From: Lytechinus pictus
Taxonomy: Eukaryota
DNA length: 64,000 nucleotides
Direction: 5' to 3'
NCBI RefSeq assembly: GCF_037042905.1
Contig: NC_087250.1
Location: 23,190,001-23,254,000 of the forward strand
Shown: in pieces, positions 13,601 through 26,500 of the stretch
Layout of the letters: each line of letters starts with the position of its first letter
Numbering within the stretch: position 1 is the stretch's first letter
The notes under the pieces: model-generated
What the model saw: the letters and a program-made list of their open reading frames with translations, nothing else
Told to the model about the DNA's origin: nothing
The model's database searches: none
Made by a program: the position numbers and the translations under genes

Positions 13601-16600
13601 AGATGACAAGTACAGAGGTTTCACAACATTATATCATTGATGAATCGTTTGTCATATGATTAGAATGAGCAAAAAGAGATGTTTTGGGGTATATTTTCAG
13701 TGTCCGAATGGGAGAGTTGTACGTGTGTGACATCACAGATCTTGGTCGCATTGCCAATGGGGGATCTCCATAGCATTAGTGATCTCGACATTCAAATGCT
13801 CATAACTCTTTTATTGCTAGTCCTATTTTACTCAAAGTTTTGTTGATCTTATTCTTTGATTTTTCTGCTTTCACAAAAGCTAACTTGCTCCAAGAGTTTC
13901 ATTCTCCTTTAAAGGTTTTTCCCATCCAGTAACTATTTTGCACAAACTATTTTAATCCATACAAATCATATAAAAAGGATTGATGGTAGTTACCTTTATT
14001 ATCACGAAAATTGGCGGATAGCAATAGTGGTGGTCAAGATTGACCACCACTTCTGACCGCGATAGTATTCCCAGTCGGCGGCCGCCCTGTCTCCAGTGCG
14101 CGGTACGATGTACAATTCCTATGGCGCTGCCGCGAGGCAGCTGTAATTCGCCTCTAAATGGCGCGCGAACGCGGCCAGGTGCGCAGTTCCATTGCAAACG
14201 TATGTGAAAATAGTGAGCGTACACGCAACGGCCACACTTAGGGCGCTACATTTTGAGGAGGTGTTGTCTTATTTTTCATGTTTTTAATAATTTTTTCGAT
14301 CGTAGGATTGACTTCCGGACATAAAATGGTGGCCGACATCGGCTAACGAAAGTGCCAGTTTTCCGTGAGGACATGTTTTCAAAATCCACAAACATCGGGA
14401 AAACCGTGAAAAATCAACTTTTTTAGACCCCTTGTTTCTCAACTACGATATTAAGAAGTAGGGGAGATTGGGGTTAGTTGGAACGCAGGGTAAGTTGAAA
14501 CATTGTAATTTTCTTTAAAGCCTTTAAATAAATTTATGCAATACTGCCCTCAATTTATTGCTATTATCAACAGCCATCCACCATATTATAGACAACACAT
14601 GTGCAACAAGCCTGGTGAAGTTAGAAAGGAATTTATGTTTTTTCACCTTCTGAGTAATTTTTTTCTCTTTCAGAATTTTTTATTATCTCAGAGAAGTTTA
14701 TAGAACAAGTTGGCCTGTTTGGGGGTATAATGGACAATTGTACCAAGCTACAAAAGAAGTTTATTAATATGCCATGGTGAAGTCCCTTTTTTGTGCTGTA
14801 AGCTTATAAATGTCAAATGGGCCTCTGGGGTTAGTTGAAACAAATTGAAGGGGATAGTTGGAACATGTTCCAACTTACCCCAAACATAACTATGAATAAA
14901 AACATTGGATATGAGAAAAAAATGTATACAGTATTTCACACTCTTCTGTAAATGTATTGTATACCAATACATGCTTGTTTTGTTTCTCAGTTAGGTCTGA
15001 GTGTGCATTTAAGGCCTATTGCAGGCCCTTAATGCAATATTACCCCTTATCAAACTACAATATAGGGGGGGGTCAATTTGAGCCCCCCCCGGACAAATTT
15101 CGTCACTACGCCATCGCGCAAATTTTTTTGAACGCACCGCTCTCTGACTTTTTACTTTCAAGTCTTGCGCATCTTTTAAGACCAAATTTGCGATACCTGG
15201 GTGCGCAGTTTCAAAATCACGCAACATTTTGTACATGCATGTCAGACCAAAAATTGCTCAAAAACGTGATTGTGTTTTTCAACCAAAAATCATAATGTAT
15301 GACTATTTTTACTTTTGTTGGTTCAAATGGATTTATTTTATGCTATGATCGCAAGAGTCCCTGACAAAGTTCATCGGCAAAAACAATAAAAAACAAAGGT
15401 TAAAAAAAACAAAGAAATACAAATTTTAAAAACAAAAAATACATAAGAAATTATATTTTTTGCGGAAAAAATATTGATACTCTCACCAAAAATTAGCATT
15501 CTACTAGCTTAATAAATAGAGTTAAAGGCAAAAACATTAAAAAAAAAATTTAGGGCAAATTTAATTTGCTTATTTGCATAATTAATTAATTAAAAAATAT
15601 AAACAATTAATTGTTGTCATGTAAATTTGATGCAGAAGTACATGAAATTGCTGATAGTACACTTAATTGCATCATTTGCATGTAAAATCAAACACACACA
15701 AATAAGCGGAATTCTACTACACAGTAGGCTTGCATGAGTGGCTATGTATACTAGAAAACATAAAGTTCAACAAAGCCACTTTTAATATTTTGAACTTGAA
15801 AAAAATAACGCAAATAGGCTAAAACCATGTAATATTACATTTGTAAGTAGTTTTAGTATAATTCTTAATTGACCATGCAGTGTTCCAACTTACACCATAC
15901 CATGTTCCAACTTACCCCGTATATGGGGTAAGTTGTTGTTGTTGTTGTTATCTTGGGTTTTGAGGCGCGTGTCATTCAGATATGAATATTTACGCCAAAG
16001 TTGGAACGCTTGTGATAGTCTTGTTCAAGGTGGACTTTTTCAGTAAACATAGAGTTGAACATTTTATGGCGTACATTTGAAGCCCTTAGATATATGCTTC
16101 AAGCTGATATGTTGTTTCTCAAATAAAATCTATTTGGATTTTACAGCCATTTTGTCAAAAATGTTCCAACTAACAGCCATTTTGTCAAAAGTGTGGGACA
16201 ACTAACCCCGATCTCCCCTACCAAGTGTGATATTTTATGCGAAAATTTCACTTTTTATTCAAAATTTTGTCCATGTCGCCGGATGATTTTGTAGTGTGGG
16301 AGTGAGTGAGTAAATGTGTGGTGTACATGTCTAGAGTGAGTTGGTGATTTCAGTGGTGTATTGCTGAACAGCCACACACCGACTCTTGGCCGAGTACCAA
16401 CCCAGTTTTACTCTACTTGTAAAATTGAAAACAGAGGTATTCTTATTTTGTGTAGGCCTCTAGATCTACATGTCTCTTTAAGTGTATGATGGTGGGCCCC
16501 AAGTCTGCGCACCTAACAATTTGAGTTAAGATTTAACATGAATTTCTTCTTATTTCACAAAATTTTTCAGTTAATAATGTTCCTTATATTATTAAGAGTA

Positions 16601-17981
16601 AGTGTACAAAATTTCTCATTAAAAAATGAAAGAAAATATAGGATTTTCTTGGAAAAACCTCGGGCAGTCATTTTCAGATTGAAAAAACAAATGGTACCCC
16701 ATGTCTGCACACTCATTCACTTTGCACACGATTCGGGGATTTTGATGAGAAAGGCTGCATTTTGAGGCCGTCACATGAAATGCCCTAAATTTATTATTTT
16801 TCCACCATTTTGAGTCGGATTTTTTTACAAATACCTGTCTATGTATTGCATGTGTAAGTTCGTGCTCATTGCGTATCTTCTTTTACTAGAATCGCGCAGA
16901 TACGCGTGTGCGCAGACAAGGGGGACTGCGCAGACTTGGGGGAACTTGCCATACATACGGCTGAATTTACTTTAAAAAATTGATGATCTTTTACATGTGT
17001 AGCCCTGGCAGCCGCTTCCAGTGCACAGTATACCCAGTTGTTGTGTGTCCGGACGATCAATTTTAGAAAGTCATTTGGAAAAATTTACAAGGGAAGTTTT
17101 ATCAATTTTTAGTACAAAATGTCAGGAAATATTATAGAGAACAAAATAGAAGATGATTTGTACAACTATTGATTTCGTATTTTTAGTGTAATCCAAAGAC
17201 AAAAAAGGCTTCAAAAATATATTATAAAGTGTCCGGACACCCGACCCCCCATCCTACTTTCTGGGAAATTAATCCTGATAAGGGTGTGTTTAATGTCGAT
17301 TTTCAAATTTAAACAGCAACATGATTTATGTCTGAAAACTTGATTACCGAACACACACGATCAGCGGTGCACTGTTAAGTGTCGAAAATATATGTTGATC
17401 GTAGTTAAATTTCCCGCTTTCGTTAGCGCAGCTTTAGTGCGCATTTTGACCCATCACAAGAAAGAGAGCTTTCTAAACTTTGTTGTCCTGCCTACTCGCA
17501 GACGCAGTCACACACTTTTTCTACACTCGGAATGTGCGTCATGCAGCCTATTAACAGTAACAGTAACAACTAAGCAAATCAAAGCAACACTTTAACAGCA
17601 AAGATTACATACTGGCATACCCCTGGCTTCCAGATAAATCCTTAATAATCGAAGACCATGTCAATTTGACAAAAAACAAGTTAACTCTAGGCCTACTGTA
17701 AATAGCTAAGCCTGAGGACTGACACAATTTTGATAGTGTGGGACTACACACAAGATTTGCTATTTTGGGTGTGAGCGAATTTCCTGCTCAACACTACTCA
17801 AACGAGTCATCTTTCCGATAAACGAAATGCTCTTATGACTTTAATGACATGACAGATCAAATAATCAAATTCGATTGTGTCATCGCATACAAACGATTTT
17901 CACTCGTATCATCAAATTATCAACTTACAAATGTTTATTGTTATCATCATACGGGGTTTTGAGATCGTCTTGGGACGCCAT
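4379..17981 (-). CDS. CRK: Crk/CrkL-family adaptor, 5' part (SH2 domain + linker; 4 exons)
   Basis: Spliced peptide [119 protein letters not shown] and HYLDTT are Crk-family SH2 signatures. Confidence 0.92.
4898..5714. mobile_element. PIF/Harbinger-like non-autonomous element
   Basis: TIR GG(C/G)TGCGTTTAT; 3-bp TAT TSD; subterminal GAATCATGATT repeats at both ends. Confidence 0.7.
6126..6528. mobile_element. Kolobok-like non-autonomous element
   Basis: TTAA-AG...CCT-TTAA ends. Confidence 0.5.
7095..7933. mobile_element. P-element-like non-autonomous element
   Basis: 15-bp TIR CAACCAAAAAATTAC; 7-bp TSD CACCATA; subterminal TTTCCAGGGCT repeats; internal (GT)n. Confidence 0.7.
8541..8766. mobile_element. 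Tc1/mariner-like MITE, degraded
   Basis: TA-CAGTTGTGCTCAAAAGT at left; decayed right TIR ending CATTG-TA. Confidence 0.45.
9127..9616 (-). mobile_element. tRNA-derived SINE with (TTA)n tail, interrupted by a MITE at 9407-9590
   Basis: B-box GGTTCAAACCC on the minus strand; AAATGGGTACC core; (AAT)n at 9127-9191. Confidence 0.7.
9407..9590. mobile_element. CAG-ended MITE with 6-bp TSD
   Basis: TIR CAGGGGTGTGAG; TSD CTTGTA; partial relatives near 3570-3680 and 41960-42095. Confidence 0.75.
9658..10256. mobile_element. Kolobok-like MITE family A
   Basis: TTAAAGG(T/A)CAAGTCCA end; same family at 21091-21698, 54345-54955, 61778-62358, partial at 24715-24900. Confidence 0.75.
10539..11553. mobile_element. 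Tc1/mariner(pogo)-like non-autonomous element
   Basis: Perfect 28-bp TIR CCGTAAGTAACGGTGTATTAACCGCACC; TA TSD. Confidence 0.85.
11591..11732 (-). CDS. CRK: Crk exon 3 (SH2 C-half, HYLDTT)
   Basis: cag/gtaag, phase 2-0. Confidence 0.93.
13112..13231 (-). CDS. CRK: Crk exon 2 (SH2 N-half, FLVRDS)
   Basis: tag/gtagg, phase 2-2. Confidence 0.93.
13323..13912. mobile_element. Kolobok-like foldback MITE
   Basis: TTAA TSD; TIR AGGAGAATGAAAC extending ~200 bp imperfectly. Confidence 0.8.
14461..16218. mobile_element. TA-flanked TIR element with a nested piggyBac-like fragment (~15040-15530)
   Basis: TIR GGGGAGATYGGGGTTAGTTG; TA TSD; internal GTTCCAACTTACCCC repeats. Confidence 0.7.
17953..17981 (-). 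CDS. CRK: Crk exon 1 coding part ([10 protein letters not shown])
   Basis: ATGG start, gtatga donor; phase 2 matches exon 2. Confidence 0.75.
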
Positions 17982-18400
17982 AATTGACGAACCCTCTTCA
18001 CTTATCGTCCGATTGAGATGGTTTCCTGAAAAGTTCGACCAAAATACACCTCCAAAGAATCAAATTATCCCGTTGATCAATAAAACCCCTTCCTGTCAAA
18101 TTCGAGAAGAGTCTTCATCGATGCCGAAATCGTGATGAAAAACCGACGATGAAAATCTTGACTCGCAGAAGTCCCTGACAGTCCATTCACACACACGTAC
18201 ATGTACACAAACGCTATTTAGCCATTAGTTCCAGGAAGTTCGAGAAGTCCAATAGAAACTGTGTGTGTTATTTCTGTCAAACTTCAATACAGGCCACTTA
18301 GCCAAAATAGCACGGCCGTCTATGACGTGACGGGTTTCATGGGTAAAATAGAGGGCGTTATACACATCACTTCGTGGGATATGTTTTTGGGAAAAACCTA
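17982..18400 (-). promoter_or_regulatory. Putative Crk 5'UTR and promoter
   Basis: CpG-richer region upstream of the ATG with ETS-like CAGGAAGT (~18232), CCAAT (~18249) and CRE-like TGACGT (~18322). Confidence 0.45.
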
Positions 18401-18439
18401 AAAATATAACCAAGGACCGATTGTAAAAAAAAATAATAA

Positions 18440-19000
18440 TAATAAATACGACCTTCCTGATCTTCACAGCAATATCTCGAAACCACTTCCTTACTCCACC
18501 TTTAAGAAACTGGTTAAACAAGATCTACATTGCCGTCAATGATCTCGTTGCACAGGGCATCCGTGCGAAGTCAACTCTCAAGTTCTGGATTGATCACATC
18601 CCATCCTCCAACAATCTCCTTTATCCGAAGACCACACATTCCCCTGTCATCCGTTATGCACTCATTGTCAGAGCCCAATTACTTTCTTCCACGTATCTTA
18701 CTCAGTATCGCCTCCACACATTAGGAAAGTCCTCCACCCGTACTTGCCCCCTTTGTGCCTCATATGATGAGACAGTAGAACACTTTGTCGGATCGTGCTC
18801 CTCTCTTGATCACCTACGCCAAGACTTCATACACAGAGTCGAGGAGTGTCTCACTGCACCATCCACATTACCTAGACTTGTATACTGCTGAGGATCCACA
18901 CCAATTTTCCTGTGCTACCCTATTAACCCATCAACCTGGTCTCCCTTCAGAAGTTAATTATAGTCTGCTCCTTAAATCCCTCTTTTTTTCTACATAAAAT
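18440..19000 (+). mobile_element. Degenerate 3' fragment of a non-LTR retrotransposon (LINE) ORF2
   Basis: Frame from 18661 reads LIVRAQLLSSTYLTQYRLHTLGKSSTRTCPLCASYDETVEHFVGSC, a Cx2Cx8Hx4C knuckle typical of LINE ORF2 C-termini. Confidence 0.75.
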
Positions 19001-21090
19001 TCATGACTACCGCTCCAACTTGATGCTGAATCTGTAATTTACCGGACTGGGATTTGTTCTATTCGTATCTTAGAATCTCCAAAACAGTGGAGGGATCACC
19101 TAAGAGAGAGAGAAGGGGGAAGAGACTAAAGATACTGGTGCAGAGAAAATTGGAAAGCTATAAAACACTTATGTTATATTGGATGGCTCCGAAAGAGTAT
19201 ATTCCAAGAGTTTCGGCAAATATTCCACGAATCGCAGAATATTTCTGGTATTCCAAGTACTAAAGCCATCCAATATGATTATTATCATCTATCCAAGCAT
19301 CTGCACTCTAACAGCAAATCTTGATATGTTATTTTACGAAGCTCTAAGCTGTAAATAGTATATGGACCAATTTTTTTAAACGCCTCTAGTCTTCAGAAGA
19401 CTTTCCTCTGCAGTGCTGCAAAGTATGACGAATATTACCTCGAGTTTCATCAAATGGAATAGTGGTGTAGAATTTTCCCTTATGAAGATACAAGCCTTTT
19501 GGCGCGTGTGTTTTTAAACTCACGTTATTTTGCGAAACAAAAGTGTTGATACATGTATTTTGAAAACAGGCACATGAACCCCAAATTTTTAATGTTCCGG
19601 CACCTCTTTTGTATACCTTTGCCAAAAAACCATGCAAAATTTTGTAAAAAGGACATGGGTTTTAAATAAAATGCAGCATTTATTGTATACTCTGTAAATT
19701 TGTTATATAAATTTCTAATTTGTATGTATGTTTCTTTTTTTCAATTAAAGGTGTTACTTCTCTTTAAAGAGCAACCATGAATAGCAATATGAGTGGATTT
19801 TTCATCTTAAGTAAATAATTCTGAACTATAATGTAAAATTTGGTGACATTTAGATAGATTTTGACTGATTAATAGAGGTTTACACTCAACGTTGTGATGT
19901 CATGGGGTTTAGAAACCCAAATTATTATTATTGTGTATTTCTCGAGACCTTACAAATGCTTGGGTGAAGTTCAAAGCTCGATAGCAAAAAAAAACAAGTA
20001 CATGAACTCATGTTATTTTTTGCATTTTTTGAATATTTAGGTGCTAAAATAACTCAAGTGTGCAAAATTTCATGAAAATGACATGGGTTTCATTTTCAAC
20101 TGTGGAACGTCCTTAATGTATCGCTAAAACACTCTATATAGATGATAATTGCGTAGATTTGTCTGTGTATATACACAAACAAAAAAGTAAGTCCCCTAAA
20201 TAAAATTGCTGTAACGTTTGAAATAATTTTGAGATAAAATATTTCGTAGGTAATATTATCACCATCATTCAGAAATTCCTGTGGGAAAATGAGATAGATA
20301 GATATAGATAGATAGATAATTGGTTTTATTAATAAAATCAGATTGATCGGTTGAGTCATGCATGAGTAATCAAAGATTGAACTAAAAATGACAATTTTCG
20401 AAAGTTACAAGAATCCTTTTTTCAGATCGTGTAAATACAAAGTTGGGCGGAATTCGTTTTTTGGTGAATTTTATGGTGCTGATGCTGTTTTACTATCCAT
20501 CATAATTATAGCCAATCCACACACAATTTTGATAACGTATGTTCATGGTTGAGGGAACATCATTTTTTGTGCCGTATCATCATAGGGGTTTACGGTAGTA
20601 TCCTCTATATAACTTTCAAATTAAAATTGTAAAATGTTAGTGCCCCCCCCCCCCTATTTCTCGGTCCCCTCCCCATTTAAGAAATCTGGATCCACCATTA
20701 GTCCATAAATTCAACTGATCCTGAGAAATTGTTAGGAAAAGCATGCATTTATGCATTATAAAGAGCATTCATTCCCAAGTTTTCAAGTGTGCTCACTCAA
20801 CCATGCCTGTAAAAAGTTCGGGAAGTGTGTGGTGATAAAAATGATGGATGATAAAAACAACAGTGATTAAGTCACATTTGAAACAGAATTTGCCCCCATT
20901 ATTCACTTAATAACCCATCAAAAGAGTCTGTGTCATTGAAAATGCCATTCCCCCTCGATGCGTGCTCACTCTTCCATAAATATACAAATGGATTTTTGCA
21001 TAGATCTTTTCTGCCCATAGGTATTGCCAAATTACATTGCTTAAGACAGTTTTGAAAAAAGTTCCATTTTCAATAAGGGGTTACTTATTC

Positions 21091-21698
21091 TTAAAGGACA
21101 AGTCCACCCCAACAAAAAAGTTGATTTAAATAAAAAGAGAAAAATCCAACAAACATAACACTGAAAGTTTCATCAAAATCGGTTGTAAAATAAGGAAATT
21201 ATGACATTTTAAAGTTTCGCTTAATTTCGCGAAACAGTGTTATATTCACATCTTGTCGATATGCAAATGAGGGGACTGATGACATCACTTACTCACGAAT
21301 TCTTTTGTATTTTATTATATGAAATGTGAAATATTCAAATTTTCTCCCTGTTGTCCTGTGAAAAGAAGATTAATTCCTCCCAGAACGTGTGGAATTAGCA
21401 TTGTTTGATACTATATGGTTCAATCAAGTTGGTACTTATTGTCAAATCTGTAAAAAATGAAATATTATATAATTCAAACAATGAAAAACAAAAGAAAAAA
21501 TGAGTGAGGGATATCATCGACTGTCTCATTTGCATGTCATTAAGTTGTGCATATCACTGTTTTGTGAAAAATAAACGAAGTTTTAAATGTCATAACTTTC
21601 TTATTTTATATCCGATTTTGATGAAATTTTCAGCATAATGCTTGTTTTATTTTTCTCAATTTATTAAAATCAAAGTTTTTTCTGGGATGGACCTTTAA
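21091..21698. mobile_element. Kolobok-like MITE family A
   Basis: TTAA TSD, long imperfect TIRs. Confidence 0.8.
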
Positions 21699-22076
21699 AC
21701 ATAATTATGCACCCATAAACACACGAAACGCGGTATATCTATAAAAATTGCATGAGTTGAATTAGAATTGTATTTTAAAAAATCGCGAAAGTTGTATAAA
21801 AAGCTGTAGTTGCTTTATAACTTTGCGTTGAACATGTTGAATAAAAATATCGAACGATATATTGATAAAATCTAAAAGTTATTAAACATTGAATAAAACG
21901 AGTTACGTGACCGCTATTTTCGCGCCAAAGAAATCTGAAATTATTCATCATTGAATAAAAATGTTGCGCGCTGTTTCGTGCCGTGCACAAAGCTGGCTTC
22001 TGTCACGGCGTATACGTCTGTCGAAGAAAATGGCCTGCCCTTGGTCAGGGTTGGTGGAGGAACATCTCCGAATCTG

Positions 22077-22316
22077 CACAGCAAAAACTGTGGTGTTAAC
22101 ATGCAGGTGTACATAGAGGACCACATCAGTTATTTTACACCGGTGGTAAATTGACAGTGTTATAGTTTAACACACCTATAGGTGTTATACGACACCTTTG
22201 GTTGTTATATTAACACTCTATGGTGTTATGTTCAATCTATAAGGTGTCATTTTAACACCCCAGGGTGTGGTCCTCTATTAACACCAACTGGTTTTAACGC
22301 CACAGCTTTTACAGTG
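22077..22316. mobile_element. MITE with CAC-ended TIRs
   Basis: CACAGCAAAAACTGTGGTGTTAA / TTAACGCCACAGCTTTTACAGTG; internal AACACC/GGTGTT repeats. Confidence 0.55.
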
Positions 22317-22338
22317 TGGTGTATTGATGACCTTATGG

Positions 22339-23286
22339 GGGCAGTTTAAAAGTGAGTAGTGTACCGTATCTTTGAGCGTACAGTGTTCACCGTATTATCA
22401 AGAACAAAATACTGTAATTTTGTTGATTTTATTTTGTAAAATTTGACGATAACATTTTTGCGTTGCCTCGTCATGGCTCAACATCGACGAGCGAGGCTTA
22501 AAGGGATGCTCCGGGCTGAAAATAGTGTGATATCAACAGATAAAGAAAAATCGGACAAACAAAGCACTAAAGATTTCATCAAAATCGGACAAGGAATAAA
22601 AAAGTTATGGCATTTTAAAGATTTGCATGATTCCGGTGAAATAGTTCGACTGAGGCATGTCTTCGTGAACTGATGATGTCATCCCCACTTGTTCTTTTGT
22701 ATTTCAGTATATGAAATTAGGTTTATTCAATTTTTCTACCAAGAACTGAAAAAAAATGGATTGACAACTGATTTAATGCATTAGATATTCATTGAGACAC
22801 ATTGTTCACACATGTTTAAAAAATGAAACAATTATGATTTCATGCAATAACATAAGAAAAAGTGACATCATCAGCTCACCTACTGAATATTCATGACGGC
22901 GTGCATATAACTGTTTTTTACAAAATATTGCTAAACTTTAAAATGCAATAACTTCATTATTTATTATCAGATTTTGATGAAATTTTCAGCATTTTGCTCA
23001 GTGAATTTTACTCTATTTATTCAGATATACATATTTCCAGCCCGGACCATCCCTTTAATGCATGCATTCTCATGTTCTTGCAAGTTGAACAAATGAGTTT
23101 GCATGCATTGGCAGACTATTAATTCGCTCGTCAACAGGCCATGAGCCATGACGAGGCAAAGCAATAATATTATCGTCAAATTTCACAAAATAAAATCACC
23201 AAAACTACTGTATTTTGTTCTTGATACTATACCATGACTACGTTTATGATCAAAGATACGGTAAACTACTCATCTTTAAACTGCCC
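22339..23286. mobile_element. Long-TIR MITE (~140-bp TIRs) interrupted by Kolobok-like family B at 22498-23058
   Basis: 22339-22480 is the reverse complement of ~23142-23286; inner element TTAAAGGGATGCTCCGGGCTG...CAGCCCGGACCATCCCTTTAA; partial family-B copy at ~30900-31353. Confidence 0.75.
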
Positions 23287-24120
23287 AATCAGGTGTGGTT
23301 AAAACGGTAAAATTAGCCAAACGGGTTAAAATAGTAACAACCTCTTTAAACAGGAAATACTAAAAATTTATACAATTATTGTGGTTAAAACATTCGATTC
23401 AAATTAACCGGTGGTGCATGGTTTAATATTTATACAACTCATTTGACCAACTAAGCTAGCTAAAAGCTTAAACAACACGATTGTATACACACCTTTATCT
23501 ATATATATACCTATTGCTTAAAACATTCAGACAATTGCTGTTTAAACTTTAAACACCCTGCAATTGGTTAAGTTTTAACCAATTATTAGCTGTGTCATCG
23601 GATAACCATTGGTTGTATAAATTTTTTATATTACTTGTATAAAACAATTAATGATAAGATAATTTCGGTTCCCAAAATGAAACAATACATATACCTGCCT
23701 ATTATATTTGAAAATCGTATTTTTGTTTTCATTAGATATTCATTGAACCGCGAAATAAAGAATATTGTTGCAGATAGTCTTCCCAAAAATAACTGTCAAT
23801 ATAAATTATTCCATCATTTTGATCAATAAAAATTTAGCCTTGTTTTGACCGTGAAATTTAGCAAAAAAAGTTGTATCGTCTTTTAAAAAGTAGCTTTTCC
23901 AAGCCTTCTGACGACTTTTCATGATCATGATGATGAGAATGTGCAATTCCTTTAATTAAAATGAAATCAAAGTCATAATATTTGGCTTGTGACTTTCATA
24001 AAGTGACAATTTTGCCTTCTGGTGCTGCTCACTGAGGCATGCCATAATTATAACACGACAGTAACATTCACTCAGAGGTTAGCTTATAAAATTACCCACA
24101 CGATCATGTAAATATGTAAA

Positions 24121-24125
<5 letters not shown>

Positions 24126-24207
<82 letters not shown>
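24126..24207. repeat. (TA)n microsatellite
   Basis: Directly visible. Confidence 0.95.
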
Positions 24208-24208
<1 letters not shown>

Positions 24209-26094
24209 GTATATTAATGAGGCAAAGTGGTAATGCATTGTATTAAGTTCCAACAGTTTATTTTGAATTCCAAATTTTCGACGTTAAACATACGTCTTCT
24301 TCAGGGATACAATAAATTACAATATATATATATATATACAGGAAAGAAAAAAAGAGAAGGAACAAAAAGGTCGAAATCATATTGATGTAAATATAATTAC
24401 AGATCAAATGAAAAGCTACTCACACAAAGAGGCCTTGTATTATTTTATTGTTTTGTTTGTTAAGCTTTATTTTTGTTGATATTGCCTTTTGTTACAATAA
24501 CTCTGATCTGTTTTAATAAGTTGTGAATTTTGTAATTTTACCTTGATTATGCATGGTTTTATGATTTATTAAAACCTACAAATATATATATATATAAAAA
24601 GAGGACTGTCTTCGCTATGAAGAATATGTTGCGCACTAGACAGAAGAAAAAGCAGAAAGAGAGAGGGAATGACAAGACATAGTAGACAAGACAAAACAAG
24701 AGACAGGACAGCATACCGACCAGGATGTGCATAAATCATAACTGTTTTTGTGAAATTAAGCTAAACTTTTATTAAAATGTCATAACTTTCTCAATTATTA
24801 TTTTTACAACCGATTTTGATGAAATTTTCAGTGTTATGCCTGTTGGATTTTTCTCTTTTTATTAAAATCAACTTTTTTCTGGGGTAGAATTGTCGTTGAA
24901 GGACCAAAGCCAGTTATGTTTTTTTTAACGAGCGCTAGACCAGTGTAGCGGGACGCATTTTTTGGCAAAAGATTTGGATGTTATAAAAGCTTGGAAAGGT
25001 TTAAGAAGTTGATATAAAGGGGGCGCTGTTCCGATTGGGTTTTGGGGAGAACTTTAGTTTGTCACCGCTTGGTCTTGGGTGATTATCGAATGGGTTATAC
25101 TAAGCAATTGAATTGTATGGCGACATTGCCACCTGGTTAATGCGGGCTTTGTTCTGGCAAAGCCTAATTACAATACAAAGGATATAATTAATTCGCTCCG
25201 GACATTCTTTAACGGGGTTAGTTACATTTCTATAAGTTGTTGACGAGTTCGGGTCCTTAATACATAATATGAATTCATATGTGGAAGCTTGACCCTAAAT
25301 GACCTGTGACGTAATTTGGTCATGAGATCCATAAACTTTCAAAGTTATGACGACATTTCAAAAACTTAACCTAGATTAAGATTTCAATGCTGACGACACC
25401 GCCATCGTCGGAAAAGCGGCTCCAATTTCAATTCAATTTACTTTATTTTCAACAGAACAAAGTAATGTGGTCGAAATAATTACAATGAACTTATACAGAC
25501 AAAATAAATTGAGGCATGTACAGTATATGATATTTATCTATAAGTAAAAGTAAAACAAAACAGAGTATTATATATAAGCAAAATATCATAAACATTATAA
25601 AATAAAATTCTGAGAAAAGAGAGAATTCTGAGCTCCTATAATATGAGATGGTCTCGCTCTAAAGAAAGAAGCCCTGAAAGAAGATTACATTATTACACTT
25701 TTCTTCTGTCTTCCTATCTACTCTGTATTCCCCTATATATTTTGTTTCTTGTTCGTTCTTCCTTCCCTGTAACATTTTTTCTGTTCTTATTTTTATTTTT
25801 GGGGGGAAGGGGGTGGTTTTGGTGGCGATTTTAAAAAATATTCAGGCTTACAGATAATCGAGCGTTAGTTCGAACTCTCTCTCTCCATCTCTTGACCCCC
25901 TGTCCCCTATTTCTTCCCCCTCTTTATTTCTATTTCTCTTTACCTCTTTATCTTGCTCTCTCCCTACTTTATTTCCCTCCATTCTTTTTCACTCCCCCTC
26001 TTTTCTTGCTTGACCACCTTTCTCATCTTTCTCTCTCTACTAACTGAATCAAGAGTACATTTTTTCAGATATGGTGCAATAAAAAAAAAATATT

Positions 26095-26500
26095 CACGAC
26101 CATCATCATGATGATCACATTCATCATCCTCACCACCATCGTCATTATCATTACTAATATTATCGCCATCATCGTCATCACCACCATCGTCATTATCATT
26201 ACGAATATTATCGCCATCATCATCCTCACCACCATCGTCATTATCATTACTAATATTATCGCCATCATCGTCATCACCACCATCGTCATAATCATTACGA
26301 ATATTATCACCATCATCATCATAATCATCATCACCAACATCATCGTCATCACCACCATCGTCATCATCACTAGCATAATTTTCTTAATCATCATTTATTT
26401 ATTTATTATCAATTCGGCAATTACAATATACGTACGATAAAATATTCGGCCTCATCGTCATCATCATCATCATCAACATCATTATCAACATCATCATAAT
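26095..26500. repeat. (CAT)n-derived repeat with a ~48-bp higher-order unit
   Basis: Unit CACCACCATCGTCATTATCATTAC(T/G)AATATTATCGCCATCATC, ~4 copies. Confidence 0.85.

Noticed and set aside
13913..17260. One large transposon enclosing 14461-16218
   Set aside because: The sequence looks repeat-like, but I could not find matching TIRs or a TSD.
26065..26440. Met/Ile-rich ORFs (also 33767-34103 and 57443-57912)
   Set aside because: They are translations of CAT/ATG microsatellites.
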